Below, piece by piece: positions 56,856-64,000 of a stretch of 64,000 nt of DNA (positions are counted from its first letter, which is position 1; every line of letters starts with the position of its first letter). The stretch is from Patescibacteria group bacterium (lineage in GTDB: Bacteria; Patescibacteriota; Dojkabacteria; J137): contig BOLA01000001.1 in assembly GCA_016861265.1 (NCBI GenBank), positions 395,569-459,568 on the forward strand, read 5' to 3'. The translations under genes and the position numbers were made by a program. The notes below the pieces were generated by a model. That model had not been told where the DNA came from and searched no databases. It was given only the letters and a program-made list of their open reading frames with translations.

Positions 56856-56903
56856 GTTACCGATCTTTCTGAGAACCAACTGATTCGCAAGAAGATCGGT
56901 AAC
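56856..56903. promoter_or_regulatory. perfect 12-bp inverted repeat (gttaccgatctt / aagatcggtaac, 24-nt spacer) upstream of islet-2 gene A; candidate operator
   Basis: Exact reverse-complement arms. A third CGGTAAC copy lies at 56993-56999. Confidence 0.4.
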
Positions 56904-57028
56904 AAGCTTTCCGAAGTTTTAAAGAACCTTAGCTTTATTAAGCATAAGATATATATAGTATATACCTATAATATATTTCTGTCAACCATTGTCGGTAACA
57001 CTAGGTAAATTTAATAAGAAATTTAATA

Positions 57029-57052
57029 CCCCGGTACTCTGATTTCCCGGGG
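57029..57052 (-). terminator. hairpin terminator of the 31-aa peptide gene
   Basis: In the minus sense, gccccggg-aaatcagagta-ccggggt followed by a U-rich tract, 12 nt after the TAG stop. Confidence 0.5.
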
Positions 57053-57063
57053 CATTGCTTGTA

Positions 57064-57159
57064 CTACTGATGAATGACCTGTTCAGCATTCCGCTTCAGC
57101 AGAATGTACGCGAGACCAAACAAAACCAACCCTACTACTACCACTTGCCACAGCGGCAT
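57064..57159 (-). CDS. 31-aa single-TM hydrophobic peptide (MPLWQVVVVGLVLFGLAYILLKRNAEQVIHQ); not in ORF track
   Basis: ATG preceded by the SD GGAGGTG with a 6-nt spacing. GC-rich codons. Followed by its own terminator. Its composition resembles small membrane regulatory peptides and type I toxins. Confidence 0.45.
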   Translation of the reverse strand: MPLWQVVVVGLVLFGLAYILLKRNAEQVIHQ

Positions 57160-57460
57160 AGCACACCTCCAATAAATATTTACGGGCAACGAGTTATATA
57201 ACAACAATATATTTTATACAATTTACTTGGCCATCTAACATGCTATAATTTTTATATGAATAGATACAGAATGTTAAATATAACTATCTTCTGGGCCTAA
57301 GCCCTCTACTTTCATACCTAATCTTAGAAAAACAACTACCTTAACTACGGCTTTATAGCTTAGTTTTAATATATCAAAAGGTTCTAATAACAAGAATCTG
57401 CTTTTGAAAATCATAATCCGGCGATTAAGTTGTTATAATCTATATAATTATTATAAAAAT

Positions 57461-58465
57461 ATGACAAATACAAAAAGAATTCTAACAGGAGACCGACCAA
57501 CTGGAAAAATGCATTTGGGCCATTACGTAGGCTCTCTACAGAATAGGGTTAAATTACAAGATGAATACGAGACCTTTATTATGGTCGCAGATGTTCAAGC
57601 CCTGACAGATAATTACGATAATCCAAAAAAGATTCAAGATAATATTCTCGAAACTACTATGGATAACTTAGCATCTGGGGTAGATCCTAAAAAAGCAACC
57701 TTTTTTATACAGTCTCAAATTCCCGAAATTGCTGAATTGACAGTTTTCTTTATGAATTTAGTGACTCATAATCAAGTATTACGAAATCCAACTGTAAAGA
57801 CCGAGATTGCTCAAAAGAAGTTTGGTGAAAGTGTTCCATTTGGGTTTGTAGCGTATCCTGTAAGTCAAGCAGCTGATATCCTTGTGCTAAGAGCTGGATT
57901 GGTTCCAGTAGGCAACGACCAAGCCCCAATGATTGAATTAGCTAGCGAAATATCTGATAGATTTAATAAAACATATAAAACGAATATCTTCCCAAAAGTA
58001 GAAGGCTATTATAGTGAAGCCGGACGACTTATTGGCACAGATGGGAATGCAAAAATGAGCAAATCCTTAGGTAATGCAATACTATTAAGTGATTCCGAAG
58101 AGGAAGTTATTGCCAAGGTAAAGAAAATGTACACCGATCCTAATAGAATAAGGCCTACAGATCCAGGGAAAGTGGAAGGCAACCCTGTATTCATTTACCA
58201 TGATTTATTCAACCCAGATAAAAACGAAGTTGAAGACTTAAAACAAAGGTATTTAGTTGGAAAAGTTGGGGATGTCGAAGTAAAGGATAAATTATCAAAA
58301 GCAATTAATCTGTATCTAGATCCAATTAGGGAAAGAAGAAAGCTATACGAGACAAACCCTCAAATGGTAATCGACATTCTAAAGGAAGGTACACAAAAGG
58401 TTCGACAAGAAGCAAAACTAACACTAAAAATGGTCAGAGAGGCAATGGGTATAAACTACTTTTAA
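57461..58465 (+). CDS. trpS: tryptophan--tRNA ligase
   Basis: [22 protein letters not shown] (HIGH-type motif) and [10 protein letters not shown] (KMSKS). The ORF track starts at 57404. The Met at 57461 (MTNTKRIL) matches TrpRS N-termini. Confidence 0.85.
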   Translation: MTNTKRILTGDRPTGKMHLGHYVGSLQNRVKLQDEYETFIMVADVQALTDNYDNPKKIQDNILETTMDNLASGVDPKKATFFIQSQIPEIAELTVFFMNLVTHNQVLRNPTVKTEIAQKKFGESVPFGFVAYPVSQAADILVLRAGLVPVGNDQAPMIELASEISDRFNKTYKTNIFPKVEGYYSEAGRLIGTDGNAKMSKSLGNAILLSDSEEEVIAKVKKMYTDPNRIRPTDPGKVEGNPVFIYHDLFNPDKNEVEDLKQRYLVGKVGDVEVKDKLSKAINLYLDPIRERRKLYETNPQMVIDILKEGTQKVRQEAKLTLKMVREAMGINYF

Positions 58466-58508
58466 CCCCTATCGCAGCATACCCGCTCTTAATTGTGGAG
58501 AGCGGGTA

Positions 58509-59729
58509 TTAATAAAGCTTCTTATTTCTTAAGAATTCTGCGGGATAACTTCTCCCGTAATATTTAGTCTTGTACTCTGTAGCTAATTCAATACCAATAA
58601 ACCTATAATGCCAAGGTTCATGGATATAACCAGTAAGCTCATCTTTCCCAAAGGGATACGACATTACAAATCCATATTCATGAGCATGGTCCTTTAACCA
58701 AAGCCAGAAGCTTTCATTTGCAGCACAAACTGTTTCTATACCAATACAATCAAGAGAGGAAATATCTGCAGTAGTGCCAAGCTGGTGTTCTGAAAAACCG
58801 GGTAATGCAGAATATGTATTTGCATCCGATTCTGCTTGTGCTCTGCTCTTACCGAAACCCATCTCGTATTGAACCCATGCCTCATATACTTCTTCCTGAT
58901 CGGTATAGGATCTGTAGGCGGAAGTTAGCCTCATGTTATGACCAGCAGCTACTGCAGCCGAATACAGATCGAGTAAATGACCATATGCAGCCTTTGAAAA
59001 TTTTTGTCCGCCCGGAATTCCGTCAGCATTTATAACTTCAATTGCATAATCTCTAGAGAGTGGATGGGTTTTATCTACTGGATAGTAAGTGCAATCTGTA
59101 CAATTGGTAGGAAAAGGTTCATCGGGAACCTTATACTTTTCACAAAGTGAATTTTCGAACTCAGGAATTCCCGAAAACTCATAGTTCTTTAGGCTCAATA
59201 AATAATTCAGTTTTAAACTATTGTAAAAGTTGCAATTCCCCATGAATACATCAATATTTCCTATACTTAATGTATTTGAACTTAAATTTGTTCTTTCAGA
59301 TAGATTAAAACTAAAGTCCTCAATAGTTAAATTTTGATATTTCTCTTTATCTTCTGAAAATAAATTTTTTAGATTGTCTTGCAAACGTTCAATAACTTCT
59401 GACTTAGAAAGTTTTCCTAAAAACACAACTTCGTTTATTGGGTCAGTGTGTATAGTTTCAAAGGAGGTCTGAATTTTTAGATCTTTTATTACCAATCTCT
59501 TTGTCACTTGTAGATCACTACCATCTTGTCCCTCAGCCACATAAATTTTTCCTTCAATAAAATTAGGATCAATTAGCGTAGTTGTTGTGTACGATATGGG
59601 GGAATAGTCATACTCCGGTGTTACTCTGTAGGATAATTCACTCCCAATAAATGAACCTACTATTATTGAAAGGATTATTAGAACAGTAAGAGCAAATACG
59701 GCTCTTACTGTTTTTTTTAAATTTCGCAT
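58509..59729 (-). CDS. membrane-anchored D-Ala-D-Ala carboxypeptidase, peptidase M15B (VanY-like)
   Basis: N-terminal TM helix. TSAYRSYTDQ, SEHQLGTTADI (SxHxxGxAxD zinc motif) and EPWHYRF are typical of VanY/M15B. Confidence 0.75.
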   Translation of the reverse strand: MRNLKKTVRAVFALTVLIILSIIVGSFIGSELSYRVTPEYDYSPISYTTTTLIDPNFIEGKIYVAEGQDGSDLQVTKRLVIKDLKIQTSFETIHTDPINEVVFLGKLSKSEVIERLQDNLKNLFSEDKEKYQNLTIEDFSFNLSERTNLSSNTLSIGNIDVFMGNCNFYNSLKLNYLLSLKNYEFSGIPEFENSLCEKYKVPDEPFPTNCTDCTYYPVDKTHPLSRDYAIEVINADGIPGGQKFSKAAYGHLLDLYSAAVAAGHNMRLTSAYRSYTDQEEVYEAWVQYEMGFGKSRAQAESDANTYSALPGFSEHQLGTTADISSLDCIGIETVCAANESFWLWLKDHAHEYGFVMSYPFGKDELTGYIHEPWHYRFIGIELATEYKTKYYGRSYPAEFLRNKKLY

Positions 59730-59768
59730 TAAGCTTTGCTTTATTTATTTAAAGTACTGCTTAGTATA

Positions 59769-60860
59769 TTATTTCTCGTCCTTTTTTACTTCCTTTTTTT
59801 CTACTTCTACACCTTTAACAATATCTATTAACTTAGCCAAGCCTCGTTCTCTAGTCATTATCGTTCTTAGATAATCCTTATTAGATTGGTTCTTGTATCT
59901 AGCTCTTAGTTGTTTGTCCTCCATTTTTTCAATCTCAGCCTCAACTTCTTCTTCTGTTGCAACCAATCCTTCCTTTACTGCCAAATTAACCAGAAGTAAG
60001 TCACTAGAAATTCTTGCCTTGGCATCTGCAGCCCAGTGGCTTCTCATTTCCTCTATTGTTGTTCCTTGAGTCTGAATATAGTTCTCTAGGCTTAATTTAA
60101 TCTGTTTTAATCTTGATTTAAAGTCTTCTTCTAAACCCGCAACCTGATCATCTATCATTTCATGCGGTACGTGAAAGTTTGCAGCTTTTATAGCCTCGTC
60201 TAATACCTTATTAGTATATTCAGTATCTGATTGTTGTTTCTTTAGAGTCTTTAATGTCTCACGTACATTTTGTTTTAATTCATCTAAAGTCTTAGAATCT
60301 TCGTACTTTAATTCCTTAATTAACTCGTCTGTTAACTCAAAATCCTTAACATCAGAATCTTTATCTCCTTCTTTTCTTTCTACAAATTTAATCTTATCTT
60401 CTGAAACATTATTTCTAACCATATTCTTAATTACATCCTCAACCTCTTTCTCTGTTATTTCTGTCTTAGGTTCATCAACCTTAATACCTTTAAAATCTTC
60501 TGGTCTTATTACAGGTTGAGTAACAACCTCGAATGTAAATAAAACTCCATGCTCTTTGTCTAATTCCTTTAAATCATAATGCAAGTGAGAAATTGGCGAA
60601 AGCTCCTCTTTTACCATAACTTCCTCTGCAAAATCGGGAAGAATTAGATTAATTGCTCTACTAAAAATCTTAGTAGCAACTTCTTTTTCAATCATTTCTC
60701 TTGGAGCCTGTCCTGGTCTAAATCCGGGTATCTTTACATTCGCAGCCTCAATTTTAAAAGCTCTATCCTCATATTTTTGAAATTCTGAGTAGTCAACAGT
60801 AACTTCGTAGGTGAATTTATTTCGATCTTCTTCAATTCGTTTAAATTTATAATTTTCCAT
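59769..60860 (-). CDS. tig: trigger factor (short form)
   Basis: N-terminal ribosome-binding-domain motif KIPGFRPGQAPREMIEKE (compare GFRKGKVP). Acidic C-terminal arm. 363 aa. Confidence 0.75.
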   Translation of the reverse strand: MENYKFKRIEEDRNKFTYEVTVDYSEFQKYEDRAFKIEAANVKIPGFRPGQAPREMIEKEVATKIFSRAINLILPDFAEEVMVKEELSPISHLHYDLKELDKEHGVLFTFEVVTQPVIRPEDFKGIKVDEPKTEITEKEVEDVIKNMVRNNVSEDKIKFVERKEGDKDSDVKDFELTDELIKELKYEDSKTLDELKQNVRETLKTLKKQQSDTEYTNKVLDEAIKAANFHVPHEMIDDQVAGLEEDFKSRLKQIKLSLENYIQTQGTTIEEMRSHWAADAKARISSDLLLVNLAVKEGLVATEEEVEAEIEKMEDKQLRARYKNQSNKDYLRTIMTRERGLAKLIDIVKGVEVEKKEVKKDEK

Positions 60861-60971
60861 ATATTTGTTTTAACATTTAGCTTTGCAATGATACCAAAAA
60901 ATGGGCTTTTTAGCGAGTGGAAAGCTTGTAGGGATTGAGTACTAAAAAAGTGCCATTTCTGGCACTTTTAT

Positions 60972-61313
60972 TTAAAAGTCATCGTCTCTATATGGATTAT
61001 CTATATCGTAGTCCTGGTCCATATCTAGGAAAATATCTTCATCTTTAACATTTAGCTCCTCATCTACCCAATCTTCTTCATCTTCATCGGTAGAGTCGAC
61101 TAACATTTTTTGTGATGCTTTTTTGAAATCTTCTGCATCGTTATCTTCGGAGTCATTAACCTGAATGTCTCCCATGTTATAGGTCACATCATCACTAGCC
61201 CCCATTGTTTCTGTTGGCTCTGTATAACTTTCATCGACTGTTCTTTTTGCTCTTCTTTTTCTAGGTGCCGCATCCTCTAAATCTGTATTTAAAGTCTTTT
61301 TGGTTTTTGCCAT
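60972..61313 (-). CDS. highly acidic hypothetical protein (D/E-rich, 113 aa)
   Basis: ORF only. N-terminal KKTLNTDLEDAAPRKRRAKR, then an acidic low-complexity region. Confidence 0.35.
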   Translation of the reverse strand: MAKTKKTLNTDLEDAAPRKRRAKRTVDESYTEPTETMGASDDVTYNMGDIQVNDSEDNDAEDFKKASQKMLVDSTDEDEEDWVDEELNVKDEDIFLDMDQDYDIDNPYRDDDF

Positions 61314-61444
61314 ATTTTTGTTTTGTCTAATAGTTACAATTTACTTGGAGGAAGATAAACCAAAAAAGGGATTTTGTCAATTAAATTTAAATCTTCCTTG
61401 CTGAGTGTTAAATAACAAGGATATAATCCCAGTAAGCGATTCCG

Positions 61445-62524
61445 CTATTCTCCCCATTCATTAAGCAATCTTTGTGCAGCAGATTTCCAGGAATATGTGG
61501 CAATAATAGAATTAGAATTTACATTCTCAAACTCTAGAAGTCTTTCCATAGCAGCCGCAATTTCTATGGAACTTGCATTTGGATCAATGTACTCACCTTG
61601 AATATTCAATTCATTATATACGCCAATATTTGAGGCTAGAACCGCCTTATTTCGAGCATTAGCCTCAATCAAAGGTAATCCGAAACCTTCATAAAAGCTT
61701 AAGTTCACTACGAACCTTGAAAGATCGTATACATAAGGCAAATCGTTATCAGGGACGTAACCTAGAAAGATCACGCTATCCTTTAAATTTAACTCCTCTA
61801 CTAGCTTAAAAATACTTTCATAGAACCAGCCTTTTTTTCCGGCAATAACTAATTTATACGCAGGTCTACTATTTAAGAATTCCTTGAACCCTCTAATTAA
61901 TGACCCTATGTTTTTTCTTGGCTCCAATGTTCCTACGAACAAAATATATTCCTCTGGAAGTCCATACTTATGAATAATCTCTTCTTTGTTCGAATCACTA
62001 CTTGAAGTAAACACCCACTCATGAAGTCCTTCAGAAATTAAAGTTACTTTTGGCTTAATGTTACTAAAGTACTTCCTAAGTTCTGACTCTACCGATTTAG
62101 AAGGAACTATAACTAGTCCTTTTCGTCTTAAAAGGATTCTTAGTTCTAACCTATACAACAAATTACCTTTCTTACGAAAAAATTCAGGACGTGCAATTTG
62201 AGCAATATCGTGAATTACAGTTGTGCAATTACTCAGTACGCAACCCCAAAACAAATTAGAAGGAGATAAAAACTTATCTAATTTGAGCTTCCAAATGCTA
62301 GGAAGACATTTAAGCATCCACTTTAGATTACCGGTACCTGCTATCTCAATTACCCTAAAATTATCTGAAAGTTTAAGATCCTCTAGGAGGTTTCTATTGT
62401 ATGTAAATAAATAATATTCATTTTTTTTATCAATCGTAGACAATGCTTCTATTAAGCTATAGGCATAGTAACCAATACCCGCCTTGTTACTATCAACCAT
62501 TGATGCATCAATTCCTATTCTCAT
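61445..62524 (-). CDS. glycosyltransferase family 4
   Basis: C-terminal EGFGLPLIEANARNKAVLASNIGVYNE (E-x7-E). Confidence 0.7.
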   Translation of the reverse strand: MRIGIDASMVDSNKAGIGYYAYSLIEALSTIDKKNEYYLFTYNRNLLEDLKLSDNFRVIEIAGTGNLKWMLKCLPSIWKLKLDKFLSPSNLFWGCVLSNCTTVIHDIAQIARPEFFRKKGNLLYRLELRILLRRKGLVIVPSKSVESELRKYFSNIKPKVTLISEGLHEWVFTSSSDSNKEEIIHKYGLPEEYILFVGTLEPRKNIGSLIRGFKEFLNSRPAYKLVIAGKKGWFYESIFKLVEELNLKDSVIFLGYVPDNDLPYVYDLSRFVVNLSFYEGFGLPLIEANARNKAVLASNIGVYNELNIQGEYIDPNASSIEIAAAMERLLEFENVNSNSIIATYSWKSAAQRLLNEWGE

Positions 62525-62582
62525 AAGTGTATTTTAATTAATTCAATTATACTTTAGAAACTTCCCTGTTAAAATTAGATTT

Positions 62583-63671
62583 ATGCTTAATCATATTGTA
62601 ATTAAAAACTATAGAAATATTACTTCCTTAAACACCAAGGTGTTAGAAGGGGGAAATTTGATAATAGCTCCGAATGGCTCAGGAAAGACAAATGCATTGG
62701 AATCTATTTATTATTCAGTACTGGGTGAGTCTTTTAAACCCATGGAAACCAACTCCGAGGTAATTGGCCCTTCTCAGGAATTTGCCAAAGTATCTACTAA
62801 ATGGGACAGTGATTCTCTTGATGTAACAATCTCAAATAATCAGAAACTCATTCGCAACTTTCAACTTAATACAAAGAAAACAATAATCAGTAAAATAAGT
62901 CCCAAATTCCCAGTAATTCTGTTTGCTCCACATACCGTGGATCTAGTAATCGGGGAACCTCAGATCCGCAGATCAGACCTTAATGCCTTTTTAAGTATAT
63001 TAAATCCTGAATACAAGAAAATCCTAAGTAAATATACAACTGTACTTAAAAATAGAAATGCAGTAATAAAACAAATTAGAGAAGGGAAGGTTCCGGAAAA
63101 GATGCTAGAATTTTGGACCGAAAAATTAATTGAGGATGGCACAGAAATATATAGTTATAGGTTAGATTTTTTTACTCAGATTAAGTCCTTCTTTCTTGAC
63201 GCACAAATGGTTCTATTTGGATTAGAAAACTTTACTTTAGGCATTGAATATATCCCTAACATTTCGCCAACTGAATTTGATTTTAAAACTACAATTACAC
63301 AAAAATTTATAAATAATAGAAGTAAGGAAATTATTGTAGGTAAAACTCTTTATGGTGTTCACAAGGACGATTACACAATATTATTGAATAATCAGAACTT
63401 AAAATTCAAGGGTTCAAGAGGTCAACAAAGAATTGGAATTAGTGTTTTAAAATTTGCGGAGTTACTTCTCTATTTTAAGAAATTTGGAGTTTATCCATTA
63501 TTATTGTTAGACGACATTATGTCTGAACTCGATGATGTTAACAGAAGCAAGATTGCAGGCTACTTGCTCGAAAAGAAACTACAATTTATATTAACCTCGG
63601 CTGAGCAAAAGGAGGTACCGGCAATCTTGCGTAATAATTGTAATATTATTGACCTAAGCTTAGCTGAATAA
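62583..63671 (+). CDS. recF: DNA replication and repair protein RecF
   Basis: N-terminus IKNYRNITSLN...IIAPNGSGKTNALESIYY (Walker A GxNGxGKTNxLEAI). C-terminal LLLDDIMSELDDVNR (Walker B/D-loop). Confidence 0.85.
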   Translation: MLNHIVIKNYRNITSLNTKVLEGGNLIIAPNGSGKTNALESIYYSVLGESFKPMETNSEVIGPSQEFAKVSTKWDSDSLDVTISNNQKLIRNFQLNTKKTIISKISPKFPVILFAPHTVDLVIGEPQIRRSDLNAFLSILNPEYKKILSKYTTVLKNRNAVIKQIREGKVPEKMLEFWTEKLIEDGTEIYSYRLDFFTQIKSFFLDAQMVLFGLENFTLGIEYIPNISPTEFDFKTTITQKFINNRSKEIIVGKTLYGVHKDDYTILLNNQNLKFKGSRGQQRIGISVLKFAELLLYFKKFGVYPLLLLDDIMSELDDVNRSKIAGYLLEKKLQFILTSAEQKEVPAILRNNCNIIDLSLAE

Positions 63672-63992
63672 CATTTTGAAATCTTCGATGGTCTCTATTT
63701 CTGATAAAGAAACATACACATCTAGAATTTCTTCACTCACAATATTTTCCACGTCGCTAAATCTTTTTAATTCATCGGTATTCATGTCTGATTTTACTGC
63801 CGATTTTTTTGTGTTAATTACTCCATCTCCCGGTGAATTAACCTGAAATACATATACATTCTTACAATTAGTACACTCAAGCTTACATACAATTTTATCT
63901 ATATCTACATTCACAACCTCTAAATCGCCCTTTAAATGCTTGTGTCCGCATTTATCGCAATAATGAGGCATTAAAGATGCTATTTGTTGCAT
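63660..63992 (-). CDS. small zinc-ribbon hypothetical protein (CxxC x2), start near window end
   Basis: Carries CDKCGHKH...CTNCKN. Overlaps the recF stop by 12 nt on the opposite strand. Confidence 0.35.
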   Translation of the reverse strand: MQQIASLMPHYCDKCGHKHLKGDLEVVNVDIDKIVCKLECTNCKNVYVFQVNSPGDGVINTKKSAVKSDMNTDELKRFSDVENIVSEEILDVYVSLSEIETIEDFKMLFS

Positions 63993-64000
63993 TAATTGTG

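Noticed and set aside
57064-57159. Specific identification of the 31-aa peptide as KdpF
   Set aside because: There is a superficial resemblance (single TM helix ending ...NAE). No kdpABC genes follow, and the alignment needs gaps. I kept only the generic description of a small membrane peptide or type I toxin-like protein.
57404-57460. TrpS N-terminal extension [19 protein letters not shown]
   Set aside because: TrpRS family proteins begin near the KRIL...GxxPTGxxHLGHY motif. The upstream 19 codons are AT-rich low-complexity sequence and probably 5' UTR. I placed the start at 57461.
1-64000. CRISPR arrays, tRNA/rRNA genes, IS elements/transposases/integrases
   Set aside because: I found no spaced direct repeats. 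I found no cloverleaf-compatible sequences such as GTTCGAATC-type T-loops in the intergenic regions. I found no ORFs with DDE, HUH or tyrosine-recombinase motifs. The GC-rich islets lack terminal inverted or direct repeats, so I did not call them IS or MITE elements.

Overview
AT-rich bacterial chromosome segment, roughly one-third GC, read in the standard genetic code. About 60 genes are tightly packed on both strands, and most have no Shine-Dalgarno sequence upstream. I found no rRNA, tRNA, CRISPR array, transposase or integrase.

Recognisable housekeeping genes:
- dnaG (N-terminal fragment at the window edge), rpiB, an RluA-family pseudouridine synthase, an RlmI-like methyltransferase and greA
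- nfo, gatB, an archaeal-type UMP kinase (pyrH) and RNase J
- htpX, hisS, an RsmB/Nop2-like m5C methyltransferase and an rpe-like gene
- a tsaC-tsaE fusion, galU, a mannose-1-phosphate guanylyltransferase and trpS
- a VanY-type carboxypeptidase, tig and recF

This gene set, the small proteins and the SD-poor starts fit a reduced-genome CPR/Patescibacteria-like bacterium. That lineage call is inference, not something the sequence proves.

The centre of the window (about 17.3-43.3 kb) is a very large cell-envelope glycosylation locus:
- GT2 and GT4 glycosyltransferases
- UDP-glucuronate decarboxylase
- a GtrA-like flippase, a polyprenyl-phosphate-sugar-synthase-like GT2 and an FAD oxidoreductase
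- six paralogous polytopic GT-C-like membrane proteins
- an ABC-2 (Wzm/Wzt-like) exporter
- a three-gene unit of secreted proteins: an M23-like peptidase, a hypothetical protein and a tail-fibre-like protein with an S74-like C-terminal chaperone module

The most unusual signal is three short islets of about 45-50% GC embedded in the roughly 33% GC background, at 14.16-14.58 kb, 46.09-46.37 kb and 56.27-57.18 kb. Each carries small genes with a strong GGAGG Shine-Dalgarno sequence, GC-rich codons and its own GC-clamped stem-loop terminator. The products are mostly small membrane proteins, including a 31-aa single-TM peptide that the ORF track does not list. They look like recently acquired miniature cassettes or a small-membrane-peptide system of unknown function. 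A chimeric assembly has to be excluded first.

Other notable items:
- a candidate leader-peptide/terminator attenuator in the hisS 5' region
- a 12-bp perfect inverted repeat, probably an operator
- a LOG-family::SAM-methyltransferase fusion
- a TsaC::TsaE fusion
- an unannotated lysine/alanine-rich histone-H1-like repeat protein
- a 1045-aa epimerase-TM-ectodomain chimera
- a frameshifted repeat-rich surface protein with LVIVD-like repeats
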